IMG/VR virus record: IMGVR_UViG_3300021364_000009
Span: 1 to 64,000 of that record
From: a virus
Direction: 5' to 3' (one strand)
DNA: 64,000 bases
Part shown: piece after piece, positions 1 through 9,262 of the stretch
Layout: the number at the start of each line of letters is the position of its first letter
How positions within the stretch are numbered: the stretch's first letter is position 1
Notes under the pieces: model-generated
Databases searched by the model: none
Told to the model about the DNA's origin: nothing
What the model saw: the letters and a program-made list of their open reading frames with translations, nothing else
Position numbers and translations under genes: made by a program

Positions 1-41
1 GTGCTGAGGCAGGTACACAAGCAGATATGGGAGCGTAAAAA

Positions 42-392
42 ATGAGAAGAACAGCCACAGAGATACTAAGAGACTTAGAAATAAGAGTTGCTAGGCTTGA
101 AAAAGAGTCTTCACCGAAAGAGTATGTAGACCTTGATTATATAGAACAACTTGCTCGTCTGTTTGTACATCACAGCAGGGGAGTAAAGCTTGTTGAGAGG
201 AAAATGCAGAGAAATGGTCGTGAGGGGGTTTTCATACACCTTAAGAATGGTGGAGCAATCATTTATGAACTTCACATGGGTAATGGTCTTTTAGCGAAGA
301 CTCCAGATGGTCCGATTGGTTGGGGACGAGTTTCTTTTGATGGTATGAAAGAAGTACTGAAAAAAGATTTAGCTTTATATGCCAATAATTAA
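42..392 (+). CDS. Hypothetical protein with N-terminal [12 protein letters not shown] tag (putative internal virion protein)
   Basis: GGGAG RBS upstream; N-terminus nearly the same as that of the protein at 49333 ([15 protein letters not shown]). Confidence 0.7.
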   Translation: MRRTATEILRDLEIRVARLEKESSPKEYVDLDYIEQLARLFVHHSRGVKLVERKMQRNGREGVFIHLKNGGAIIYELHMGNGLLAKTPDGPIGWGRVSFDGMKEVLKKDLALYANN

Positions 393-715
393 GTATTTCT
401 AAGAGTCTTACCTCTACACCACTTGGAGTCTTCAAGCGTCCAACATAACCTTTGACGACCCCTTTTGCGTTTAAGAGCTTTCTCAGCTTTCATAGCTTCA
501 GACCTGTTAGCGTATGTGCCGTAAGTACACATGAGCTTCCAAGGTCTATATTTAGAAGTATATTTGGCTCCGCCTCTTATTTCTCCGTTGTGTTGTCTCA
601 GTCTGCGATTAACGTCAGTAGTACAACCAACGTAGAAGAACCCTTCAGCAGGCTTCCCACTTGCAGTTTTTCGTGGTTGTTGGCTCTGAATTACATATAC
701 GACCCATTCGCTCAT
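389..715 (-). CDS. GIY-YIG nuclease, SLX1-like
   Basis: VVYVI...[30 protein letters not shown]; AAGGAG RBS favours the start at 715. Confidence 0.85.
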   Translation of the reverse strand: MSEWVVYVIQSQQPRKTASGKPAEGFFYVGCTTDVNRRLRQHNGEIRGGAKYTSKYRPWKLMCTYGTYANRSEAMKAEKALKRKRGRQRLCWTLEDSKWCRGKTLRNT

Positions 716-769
716 TGATAGCTCCTTTATGCTCACTTATTATCAACCTTATCGTAAAGGAGTCCAAAG

Positions 770-1588
770 ATGGATAGAGAATTTCAGAGAGATATAGACG
801 GCTTTTATAGTGCAGTTAAAATATTCAAGCCAGAAAGAGTCATCTCTCAAGTAGAAAAAATGATCACAGATTATATCCAACGATGTAACTCGTTAGACCC
901 TTCGGTTGACTATCAGCTTTTCAAAAAAGTTGTAGATCGAGAATACTATCAGAAAAGAATCAACTTCTTAAAGAACTGGCTCTTAGAGAATGGACATCGT
1001 TACGATACTAGAAGAAATAAAGTCGTTCCTCTCACAACAGAAGAAAAGAAAAGAAATATCTTGAGAACAGCATTCTTAAGACTAAAAAAAAATTCCTCTA
1101 GCCGTCTAGGTCTTGAAGCTCTTGAAGTAGCTAAAGAGTGTTTGGGTTTAGGTGAAGAGGGTAAAAATAATACAGGTTGGTTTATAGATATGATACATGA
1201 AACCAACGAGACAGGTATGTGGTGTAGTGCTTTTGTAGGGTGGTGCTTTGAAGAAGCATGTCGTCGGCTTAATATCGAAATGCCTTTCGAGAGGAATAAA
1301 AGAGCAAAGGTTTTTTGGGAGAATGTTGTTTCTGTCGGAGAAATACCTAAGAATCCGATGCCAGGAGACATTATTCTTTGGGACAGGAAAGAAGAAGGTT
1401 CTCCTGATGGGCATATTGGTTTTGTGGAGTCCATTAAAAACGGGAAAGTGTACACTATAGAAGGTAATCGTCGCCCTGTACCAAGCACAGTTCGTAGGTT
1501 TTCTTACGATTTGAAAGATTTGCAAAATAAAGCAGACTGTTCTGATGGAGAGTTTCACTTATTTCTTAACTTTGGAAGAACTCCTTGA
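770..1588 (+). CDS. CHAP-type peptidoglycan hydrolase with N-terminal extension
   Basis: WCSAFVGWC (catalytic Cys), PMPGDIILWD, GHIGFV (His), TIEGN. Confidence 0.85.
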   Translation: MDREFQRDIDGFYSAVKIFKPERVISQVEKMITDYIQRCNSLDPSVDYQLFKKVVDREYYQKRINFLKNWLLENGHRYDTRRNKVVPLTTEEKKRNILRTAFLRLKKNSSSRLGLEALEVAKECLGLGEEGKNNTGWFIDMIHETNETGMWCSAFVGWCFEEACRRLNIEMPFERNKRAKVFWENVVSVGEIPKNPMPGDIILWDRKEEGSPDGHIGFVESIKNGKVYTIEGNRRPVPSTVRRFSYDLKDLQNKADCSDGEFHLFLNFGRTP

Positions 1589-1601
1589 ATAGTTTTTTTA
1601 T
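1589..1601 (+). promoter_or_regulatory. Putative late promoter element ATAGTTTTTTTAT
   Basis: Matches the recurring intergenic 13-mer; just upstream of the 1639 ORF. Confidence 0.45.
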
Positions 1602-1638
1602 TTGCTATCTTGTTTAGTTATTTTCACACGTCAAAAAC

Positions 1639-2388
1639 ATGGAGTCAAACATGAGCCTTACCAACAGAATTGCAAATTTGGTCGAACGTATTGACCGTCT
1701 TGAGAAAACCTCTTCTTTGTCCCCCAGACACCGTGACATTGTTACGATGAAGGGTCGAAAATCTATCGCACAACTCTTCGAGCTTGCCGAAGAGTTCTTG
1801 CAGATTGCTATCAACAAGGGTTTTCTTGGTGCTAAAATTCAAGAAGATAATGATTTTCCTGTTGTTGTTCTTGAGAGAGAAAAGTATGTATTCTTCAGAC
1901 CTACAGAATATGTTTTTGAGGTCGATGGTTCTTCTCGGAGCTACAAAAATTGGCGTGATATTATTAGCCGTTTGAGCCAAGAGCAAGGCTCGTTTGGTAA
2001 CGAAGAGGCTATGATGGACGAAGTTGAGATTATGCCTACTACCGAGGATATTCTCGAAATGCTAAGAGGAGCTAGAGACGGTGATGGCTTCATGGGAGAG
2101 AGATGGACAATCTCTTCAGACAATGGGAAGACTGCTCTTTTTGAGACTGCTACAGGCACAAATTCACTTTCTGTTACTTTAACCCCCCGTGGAATTAAGT
2201 TCTCTTTCACAGGACGCTTTGTAAAGCCAAGACAGCCTGTTGCTACAGTCAACGGCTTTATCAGAGAAGAAGGACGTGCAATGCAACTTCAGATGCTTGG
2301 TTACAAGCTTGATGAGATTGTCGGAAAAGCAGGGAAGCGTCTTCAGAAGTCTCGTATGAAAGCCTTGAAGGAAATGAAACTCGTTTGA
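1639..2388 (+). CDS. Hypothetical protein with N-terminal RIANLVERIDRLEKTS tag
   Basis: 249-aa ORF; tag resembles those at 42 and 49333. Confidence 0.7.
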   Translation: MESNMSLTNRIANLVERIDRLEKTSSLSPRHRDIVTMKGRKSIAQLFELAEEFLQIAINKGFLGAKIQEDNDFPVVVLEREKYVFFRPTEYVFEVDGSSRSYKNWRDIISRLSQEQGSFGNEEAMMDEVEIMPTTEDILEMLRGARDGDGFMGERWTISSDNGKTALFETATGTNSLSVTLTPRGIKFSFTGRFVKPRQPVATVNGFIREEGRAMQLQMLGYKLDEIVGKAGKRLQKSRMKALKEMKLV

Positions 2389-3492
2389 TTACCAGACTTG
2401 GAATAGAAGCCCTAAGCTGAGGGCTTGTTTTTCTGAGGAAACGAGATAAGAGATGTTGGGGGCGAAGTTTAAATATTTCCCCCCAATCTTTGGGTGGTAG
2501 GAAATAGAAGGTCCGACTCCGAAATAGTCTTTGGATATATATCCTACACCTCCTATTCTTAGTTTAGCTTCAAACAGGTTTACGAAGCTACCGCCCGCTT
2601 GTATTCCCATGTCGTATCCAAGAGTGGGAAGTAGACTTGTGCCAACATAGTAAGAAGGCTCATACCTTTTATATTTCTTACTGTGCCCATAAGGGACTGT
2701 AGGGACATAGAAAAATCTAGGGTCTAGGTTCGGGTCTCCTTCTATCAGCTTGTCTTCTACAAGAGTGACAAACTGCCCATCTTCAGAGAAATAACCTCCC
2801 TTGATGTATACTCCTTGGTTTTGGACTGCTCCGCTCCCTAGACTGTCTGGATCTTCTCCAAAGGTCAGTACATCTACCTTAAATACAAGGTTTAAATCTA
2901 ATTCCCCTGCTTCATCGAGCCAAAGGTTGCTTGTTCTAAACTGTGAGACAGGCTTCCCTTTGTTCTGATATTGCATAGCCCAAGTGTAAGAAATAGAAGG
3001 ACACTTGTCAGGGTCATAGTAATGTATGCAAGTTAAGAAGTCGTCTGCGTCTACACCTCTCCAATCTTGTGTAGGTTGTTTTACTTCTTTGGGTTTTTCT
3101 CTTCCTTCAACGCTTACTTTTATTTTCCCACCCGTTAAGGTCGTTTCGATCTGTGTAAACCTTGAAGAGTAAGAAAGAATCTGTGCATCTGTTTTCTTTA
3201 GGTGATCTTCTAGTGCTTGTGTTTGAGTACCTACCGCAGAAATAATCTGTTTGGTTCGCTTCTCCATTTCTTCATAGGAGATCATTTCAGACTTAGCAGT
3301 TTTTAGTTCTTTATCTAGTCTTGCTATTTCTTTAGCTTTCCCTTCCAACACACCTTTGAGTTGGAGTTGTATGGTGCTCTCAAACTTTTGTTGCTTGTAA
3401 TTGTTCCAAAACTGAAGAGCGGTTGAAAGAAATAACGTAAAACCTAAGACATATTTAGGTAATTCTGCGTATGAGAGTAAGTTTTTCCACAT
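2389..3492 (-). CDS. Membrane-anchored coiled-coil protein with C-terminal amphipathic beta strands (spanin-like candidate)
   Basis: Start MWKNLL after AAGGAG; N-terminal hydrophobic helix, coiled coil, alternating beta strands ending LSLGLLFQVW. Confidence 0.55.
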   Translation of the reverse strand: MWKNLLSYAELPKYVLGFTLFLSTALQFWNNYKQQKFESTIQLQLKGVLEGKAKEIARLDKELKTAKSEMISYEEMEKRTKQIISAVGTQTQALEDHLKKTDAQILSYSSRFTQIETTLTGGKIKVSVEGREKPKEVKQPTQDWRGVDADDFLTCIHYYDPDKCPSISYTWAMQYQNKGKPVSQFRTSNLWLDEAGELDLNLVFKVDVLTFGEDPDSLGSGAVQNQGVYIKGGYFSEDGQFVTLVEDKLIEGDPNLDPRFFYVPTVPYGHSKKYKRYEPSYYVGTSLLPTLGYDMGIQAGGSFVNLFEAKLRIGGVGYISKDYFGVGPSISYHPKIGGKYLNFAPNISYLVSSEKQALSLGLLFQVW

Positions 3493-3564
3493 TTTCCTGG
3501 CTCCTTTTCCCTTTTGACGATATATGTAGCATACAACAACACAGCACCGATAAAGGAGGTAAAA

Positions 3565-5016
3565 ATGTTGTATGATACAAATGCGTTGCTCGTAGGTGGA
3601 GAGTCTACCTACGCCACGCAGTTCAAGTTCAAAGCTATTAAGCATGGGATCAACATCAATGTTGCCCACCACATTGATTGGGATCAAACAAGGAAGTCGT
3701 TCCCAACTACAGGCGTAGATGTGGTCATTGTTCTTAAAGACGTGTGTAACCATATGCTCAGAGATTGGGCTTCTTCCGAAGCAAAGAAGAATAATCTTCC
3801 TTTTTGCGAGATTTCTCAGAAAATCTCGTTTGGGATTGCCCGTTTGCGTCAGACTCTAGGTATTGACTCAAAGACTAATGTCTCTTCTGTCGAGGATGAA
3901 GGAGATCATGTTTTCGTGCCTTCAAATGACACCTCTGAAGCTCTCCATGAAGTTCTCGAAGGCTATACTGAAGTCCTTGTCCCAAAAAGCAAAGCGGTCT
4001 TGGCAAGTAAGAAGAAGTACTTGACCTACCTTTCTAGGTCTCTTGTGAAGTTGTGTAAGCAAGAAGTCTCAGACTTTAAGGAGAGCCGATCTCTTGCGTA
4101 CAAAGAGATTGCCTTCCATGACTACGGAGTCTTGAGAGAAGAATATGCTTCTGTCCTCAAGTCAAAAAAGAGAGGCTATGTTGAGATTGAAGAGCTTGCG
4201 AGGAGCGTAATCATCTTAATGTCATTAGATGATATGTGGACGATCTTTGATATTAAGAGGACACTTAGCTTCGCACTAGGTTACTCCTTAACTAAGAAAC
4301 AGGAACAGGAAATAAAAGACATGAAGACGGACAGAACGTCTCTTCCTTTAGAATTGAAACCTATAGTTTCTGAGGTTCTTGAAAACCCGACACAGACTTT
4401 GGGCTTCTGTAGAACCTCAGAAGAGCGATTAGATATGCTCAACGCTTATCTAAGCTATCACTTAAATACGCAGATTTCAAAATCTCGTTTTGAGACAATT
4501 ATGGGTGTGCTTCAGGAGACGAGCAGAGACAGAAAGAATCTTAAAGCAGACTTAAAGCAAAAGCTTATTTCTGCCCGAGATAAATGGGCAAGACACTACT
4601 TGGAGCTAATTCAGCTAGGTGTGTTGGATGTTTCTAAATCTGAGTTCAACAAGGTGCATAAGCTGACTTGGGGCAGTCGTGTTTCAGACGCTGTAAGAAA
4701 AGAGATGTCTGATAACTCTCATACAGAAGCCCCTACGCAAAAAACGACCCAAGAGGAAACTGCTCCTGTAGTGGAAGCTCCTGTAGTGGAAACTCCTGTA
4801 GTGGAAACTCCTGTAGTGGAAACTCCTGTGGCTTTACAGGAGGTGGCTCAGAGTTTAGCTACAGTGCTTATCGGAGACTTGGAGCTTGAGATAGATGGTG
4901 CTCTTTCTATTAAAGAAGTAGCAGTGGGCACACAGATTAAAGTCTTAAGTGGTCAAAAGAAGATCACTATCGAGAGCTTTGATGGTAATGTTTTGAAGGG
5001 TGTGGTTATCAGCTAG
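3565..5016 (+). CDS. Protein with N-terminal DUF2325-like domain
   Basis: AAGGAGG RBS before ATG 3565; LLVGG...DVVIVLKDVCNH...AKKNNLPF pattern. Confidence 0.55.
   Translation: MLYDTNALLVGGESTYATQFKFKAIKHGININVAHHIDWDQTRKSFPTTGVDVVIVLKDVCNHMLRDWASSEAKKNNLPFCEISQKISFGIARLRQTLGIDSKTNVSSVEDEGDHVFVPSNDTSEALHEVLEGYTEVLVPKSKAVLASKKKYLTYLSRSLVKLCKQEVSDFKESRSLAYKEIAFHDYGVLREEYASVLKSKKRGYVEIEELARSVIILMSLDDMWTIFDIKRTLSFALGYSLTKKQEQEIKDMKTDRTSLPLELKPIVSEVLENPTQTLGFCRTSEERLDMLNAYLSYHLNTQISKSRFETIMGVLQETSRDRKNLKADLKQKLISARDKWARHYLELIQLGVLDVSKSEFNKVHKLTWGSRVSDAVRKEMSDNSHTEAPTQKTTQEETAPVVEAPVVETPVVETPVVETPVALQEVAQSLATVLIGDLELEIDGALSIKEVAVGTQIKVLSGQKKITIESFDGNVLKGVVIS
4762..4829 (+). repeat. In-frame 15-bp tandem repeat (about 4.5 copies; [A/T]PVVE linker)
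   Basis: [G/A]CTCCTGTAGTGGAA units at 4762, 4777, 4792, 4807 and a partial at 4822. Confidence 0.95.
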
Positions 5017-5029
5017 TGGGTTGAGTAGG

Positions 5030-5061
5030 TGAGGGAGGTTCTAGCCTCCCTCATTATATTT
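5030..5061 (+). terminator. Rho-independent terminator candidate
   Basis: TGAGGGAGG/CCTCCCTCA stem followed by a T-rich tract after the stop at 5016. Confidence 0.65.
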
Positions 5062-5137
5062 CACTGACTTCACTAAGAACCTTTATTTTTCGATCTCTTG
5101 TTCGGTAGTGTAAGACACCACTTAACAGGAGAGAAAA

Positions 5138-5716
5138 ATGAAAATAAGCGTTGAAGGGTTGATAGGGGTGGGCAAGTCTACTTTTGTCCGTCATTTTTGT
5201 CAGCAGACCTCTTACACTCCGTTGTATGAGTCTGTTTCAGACAATCCTTTTCTGTCACGGTTCTATGAAGACCCTAAACGCTGGGCTTTTACCCTTCAAA
5301 TGTATTTCTTGTATGATCGGTGTAAGAACCATACTGAGCAAGGCGACATACTTCTTGACCGTTCGATCTATGGTGACATTTGTTTTGCAAACATCTTACA
5401 CGATCAAGGCACATTAGACTCCGAAGAATACCATTCTTATATGAGTCATTTTAATCTTGTAGAGTCCTTTATCCCCAATCTTGACCTTTGTATTCATCTT
5501 CATATTTCAGAAGAGAAGGCTATGGAGCGAATTGCAAAAAGGAACAGGAGCTTCGAGTCTGACCTTCCGTTAGATTACTTACAGAGGCTTCAATATCAGC
5601 TTTTCAAGCTACCTGATCTTCTTCCTAAAGAGACAAAATACATCCGAATTGATTGGGGTGATATGGATGAAGAAGAAATAAGAGAAAAAACTCAGAGTAT
5701 TATTTCTTCCCTTTAG
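5138..5716 (+). CDS. Deoxynucleoside kinase (dNK family)
   Basis: ISVEGLIGVGKST P-loop, FYEDPKRWAFTLQMYFL, LLDRSIYGD, RIAKRNRSFE lid. Confidence 0.92.
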   Translation: MKISVEGLIGVGKSTFVRHFCQQTSYTPLYESVSDNPFLSRFYEDPKRWAFTLQMYFLYDRCKNHTEQGDILLDRSIYGDICFANILHDQGTLDSEEYHSYMSHFNLVESFIPNLDLCIHLHISEEKAMERIAKRNRSFESDLPLDYLQRLQYQLFKLPDLLPKETKYIRIDWGDMDEEEIREKTQSIISSL

Positions 5717-6566
5717 TGTTAGCAGGTGTCTGCCACTTCTTTGGGTACGGCTTCATTTTCTTAGGGTCTTTTTGACCTTGGTTGATGAGGTAGTATCTCT
5801 TATTTCTTTCACAATGAGGGCTGTTTGGCTCTTTATACTTGCAATAGATACTCCAAGCTAAAGCCCATGCCTTTGAAGTCTCGTAGTCTTCTTCCTCTTC
5901 AAAGTAGTGTGCTTTCTCAGTGACGTACTTAGGTACGTCTCTTTCTTTCTTCTCTGCAACTATGGTTTGTTCTGCATTTCGAGTAGGTAGAGAGTGGGTG
6001 GAATAACCCCCCCAAGACTTCTCATAGGAATTGAAAGCGAGTCTCAGATTATCTATGTCTCCTGCAAGGATTGTATGGTTATTGCTTTTTACCCACTGCT
6101 CAATGGCTCTCAGATACTCCCTCTCTCTCTTTTCATCTCTCTCATTTTGAACCTTTTCTAGCCACCTGTGAAAAAGAACTGTAGCTTTGTTTATTTTTCT
6201 CTTTTGAGAGGCGTAAATAGACCCATAAGGCTCTACGAGAAACCCTGAGTCATTCAAATATGCTTTACTTCCAGGGATATAAATACGAGCTAAGAATCCT
6301 TGTCCTGTTTGTTTTGTCCATACATTATGGTTTTGACCGACTTGGGTTAGAAGATCGGAAAGTTTCTCTATGTTTTCGATAGCTTCTTCTTTATCCCACT
6401 CTTTATTTCTTTTGCTTTCGTTTCGTTTCCACTCTTTATACTCAAGAGATTTGCTAAACTTGAATTCTAAAAATTCTCTACTGTCTGAATCAGTTAGATC
6501 AAAGGAATGCCCTAGTCTCTTTAAGTAAGCAGTTCTGACTATCTTTTTTAACTGTATATCACTCAT
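5700..6566 (-). CDS. Hypothetical protein (putative virion protein; KKIVRTAYL tag, AWALAWSIYCK motif)
   Basis: 288-aa ORF with RBS; divergent from the tail tube gene. Confidence 0.65.
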   Translation of the reverse strand: MSDIQLKKIVRTAYLKRLGHSFDLTDSDSREFLEFKFSKSLEYKEWKRNESKRNKEWDKEEAIENIEKLSDLLTQVGQNHNVWTKQTGQGFLARIYIPGSKAYLNDSGFLVEPYGSIYASQKRKINKATVLFHRWLEKVQNERDEKREREYLRAIEQWVKSNNHTILAGDIDNLRLAFNSYEKSWGGYSTHSLPTRNAEQTIVAEKKERDVPKYVTEKAHYFEEEEDYETSKAWALAWSIYCKYKEPNSPHCERNKRYYLINQGQKDPKKMKPYPKKWQTPANTKGKK

Positions 6567-6581
6567 ATTATTTTTCCTTTA

Positions 6582-6605
6582 ATAGAACATTTATAGTCTT
6601 TCTAT
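6582..6605. promoter_or_regulatory. Back-to-back pair of putative late promoter elements
   Basis: ATAAATGTTCTAT on - (6582-6594) and ATAGTCTTTCTAT on + (6593-6605) between divergent genes. Confidence 0.45.
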
Positions 6606-6646
6606 TTTCTGTGGCTATTAAGATTCTATAAGAAGGAGAAGGTGAG

Positions 6647-7471
6647 ATGGCAAATACAGACTCAACCCCAGCAAATGGAGCACAAGGCTCTAGTCATATC
6701 TATGACTATAATTCTAGTCCTAATACTAGAGCGGCTATTTCTCAGAAAGTAAGAATTCTTACTCCTGTTTACAAACCAGGAGCAGGAAACAATAATCTTC
6801 TTTATCAGTTAGGCGTATGTTCTTCTTTCTCTGCTGACTTTAACCGAGGCGTAGAGGATATTAGAGGAATTGGTTTTGGTGATCAGATCGCAGAGCGTGT
6901 TCCAGGCGTTTCAGACCCTGTGGATGTTTCTATAGAAAGAACTCTTATGTATCTTTCTAATGGACACCAAGCGTTTGGTTTTGCAGGTGGTGTGGATGGT
7001 CCAGTTCGTACCCTTCAACACCACAGATGGCCTTTTGACATTGAGCAACAGCTTGTTTTTAGTTCGATTGCAGATGTAGAAACACCTACAGAAGTTAACA
7101 GTAATCAACTTGGCTTAAGAGACATTGATTTCAGCGGTCAAAAAGTGACAGGTGCTGAAGAAGCTTATGGTGCTAATCAGAAGCACAAAGCGATCATCAC
7201 TTATTTCGAGGCTTGTTGGATGACAGCTATTTCGGGTGCTAATCCAAGTGCAGACTCTTCACTTATGGCTCAGAGTATTTCTGCCGCCGCTCAAGACGTG
7301 CATGATCTGTTCTCAACATATGGCGAGTTCTTACCTAGCGGTAACGACCCGACTATTGGTCAGAACTCAACTATCCGCCACAACAATGTTGCAACCGCTT
7401 CAGGGAGCGTAGCTCTTGAGAGAACAGGTGCAGAAGCTGTGTCAGGCACTAGCGGAGGCATTCAGCCATAA
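6647..7471 (+). CDS. Putative tail tube protein
   Basis: Beta-rich; IRGIGFGDQIAERVPG, RWPFDIEQQLVF, ITYFEACW; first gene of the block leading to the tape measure gene. Confidence 0.65.
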   Translation: MANTDSTPANGAQGSSHIYDYNSSPNTRAAISQKVRILTPVYKPGAGNNNLLYQLGVCSSFSADFNRGVEDIRGIGFGDQIAERVPGVSDPVDVSIERTLMYLSNGHQAFGFAGGVDGPVRTLQHHRWPFDIEQQLVFSSIADVETPTEVNSNQLGLRDIDFSGQKVTGAEEAYGANQKHKAIITYFEACWMTAISGANPSADSSLMAQSISAAAQDVHDLFSTYGEFLPSGNDPTIGQNSTIRHNNVATASGSVALERTGAEAVSGTSGGIQP

Positions 7472-7546
7472 TTCATCATAAGAATATAATTTCTTGTGGT
7501 AAAATAGGGTAGCCGTACCCTTAAATTAAACGGACAGGATTAAAAT

Positions 7547-8137
7547 ATGATTGCGTTAAAAGATTTGAAGAGTGCTTTAGCACCTCTTTCTGAAATAGGC
7601 CACAAAGAGAAAGAGTTTGATCTTTTTGGGATGAAGATCACGCTCTCTACTTTGACCCCCTCTCAAGAGTCTTCCGTACAACGTGCTATTTCAGATAGCC
7701 AAGAAGATACGGATGCTCTTGCTTTGGAGTTCGTGGACAAGTTCCGTGTTGAAACTTTGTGCCGTTGTATCGTTCAGATAAATGATTTCGATCTTAGATC
7801 ACGTTATGTGACTACGGGAGAGGTTCTTGATAACGGAGTGGAAGTTAAGATCACTAAAGAAGAAGCAATCTATGATGTTATTTCTTCTTGGTCGAGGACA
7901 GTTGTTTCTCAAGTATTTAATTCCTACGCTTTACTCGTAGAAGAAGTAGAGCAAGAGCTTGATAGCAAGTGGGAGCTGAAGAAGTTCAATGCAGAAGATG
8001 AGAAAGAAAATCTTCAGAGTAGGATAAAGCACCTAGAAAACACTGAAGCGGTTGAAGACGTTTCGGAAACCCCTAAAAAAGATATTGATCTAGCTCAGTC
8101 AGCGTATACTGAAGCTCTGAAGGGTATGGGGCAATGA
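7547..8137 (+). CDS. Putative tail assembly chaperone
   Basis: Acidic helical protein between tube and tape measure genes; ITLSTLTPSQE pattern. Confidence 0.55.
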   Translation: MIALKDLKSALAPLSEIGHKEKEFDLFGMKITLSTLTPSQESSVQRAISDSQEDTDALALEFVDKFRVETLCRCIVQINDFDLRSRYVTTGEVLDNGVEVKITKEEAIYDVISSWSRTVVSQVFNSYALLVEEVEQELDSKWELKKFNAEDEKENLQSRIKHLENTEAVEDVSETPKKDIDLAQSAYTEALKGMGQ

Positions 8138-8140
8138 TAG

Positions 8141-9262
8141 ATGTCCAACCCATACGAGGAAATAAGACACCTTATTTATGATGGTTTTTTACAAAACCAC
8201 ATCATAATAAAAGAGCATGATTTCTTTCTGAAATTCAAGAACCCTTCTAACGAAGACTTAGACTGGATTTCAGAATATTCTCCTACTATAATGTGGAAGA
8301 AAGAAATCGCTCTTCTTGGGAGAAGCATACATTCGATTAACGGTCAGTCAGTGGACAAGAGTCAAACGCTCGAAGTGATACAGCTCTTGTCTACTTTTAA
8401 CTCTCAGACTATTAACCGTATTTCTTCTCTTGTATATAGGTTGATGGAGAGTGCTAAAGAGGCTCACCAATATTTAGAGGCGTACTGTTATGAAGACGAG
8501 TCTCGTTCTTTGTGGGGTATGTGGTTAGCTAATCAGAAGTTTGGCTATTCTCCTATAAGAAATCAGACTATCCTGAACGAGATACAAACTTCTTGGGTGA
8601 ATTGGAACCTTGCTGAAGATGAGAGGAAGTCTTCTCGCATCGCTTGGGATCAAGCTTTGTTGGTTACTTCTAGTATGAACCATAAAGGAGCCAAAGAAAT
8701 AAGCTCTAAGTGGGAAGTGACGGATAAGAAAGAAGAAGAATATCGCTCAGAAATAAAGAGAAAAGCTAAAACAGGCACTCTCGACACGGCTTCTGTTTCT
8801 AATTTAAGAAATAAGCTAGACACTTTTGATGATCTCAAAGAAGAAATGAGAAAGTGGGTGGCAGGGGAAGAAGACGATCACGATAAGATCGTAAGAGAGT
8901 ATAAAGAGTCGATGTATCAGCGGATAGAAGAGAACAAGCAAAGAGCTGAAGACATCAGAAGAAGGAACGAAGAGAGAAGGAAAGATTTATCAATTTTTAA
9001 TGATCCTTCTTATAGGAGTAGTCCTGTGGTTGCTTTATCTGATGAGGAAGTGAAAAAGATGGTTTCTTCTACCAAGAAATACAAAATCTCAGACGATCAC
9101 GAAGAGAAGTTCGAGCATGTTAAAGAGAGATACATTACGGCTCGGCAATCTAGTGGCAATTTGAAGATTGGTGAAGATGGGGACATCGTAGACACTAAGA
9201 AGAGTAAGCAATCTTTAATGGATGAGATTAAAAAAAGACCCACTGTTTTAGGAGATAGATGA
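8141..9262 (+). CDS. Putative second tail assembly chaperone
   Basis: Directly upstream of, and overlapping, the tape measure gene. Confidence 0.5.
   Translation: MSNPYEEIRHLIYDGFLQNHIIIKEHDFFLKFKNPSNEDLDWISEYSPTIMWKKEIALLGRSIHSINGQSVDKSQTLEVIQLLSTFNSQTINRISSLVYRLMESAKEAHQYLEAYCYEDESRSLWGMWLANQKFGYSPIRNQTILNEIQTSWVNWNLAEDERKSSRIAWDQALLVTSSMNHKGAKEISSKWEVTDKKEEEYRSEIKRKAKTGTLDTASVSNLRNKLDTFDDLKEEMRKWVAGEEDDHDKIVREYKESMYQRIEENKQRAEDIRRRNEERRKDLSIFNDPSYRSSPVVALSDEEVKKMVSSTKKYKISDDHEEKFEHVKERYITARQSSGNLKIGEDGDIVDTKKSKQSLMDEIKKRPTVLGDR

Noticed and set aside
4762-4829. CRISPR-like array
   Set aside because: Contiguous in-frame 15-bp units without spacers; no cas genes
8129-8146. Stop-codon read-through joining the two in-frame chaperone genes
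   Set aside because: Two consecutive stops (TGA TAG) precede the ATG, and no obvious slippery heptamer was seen
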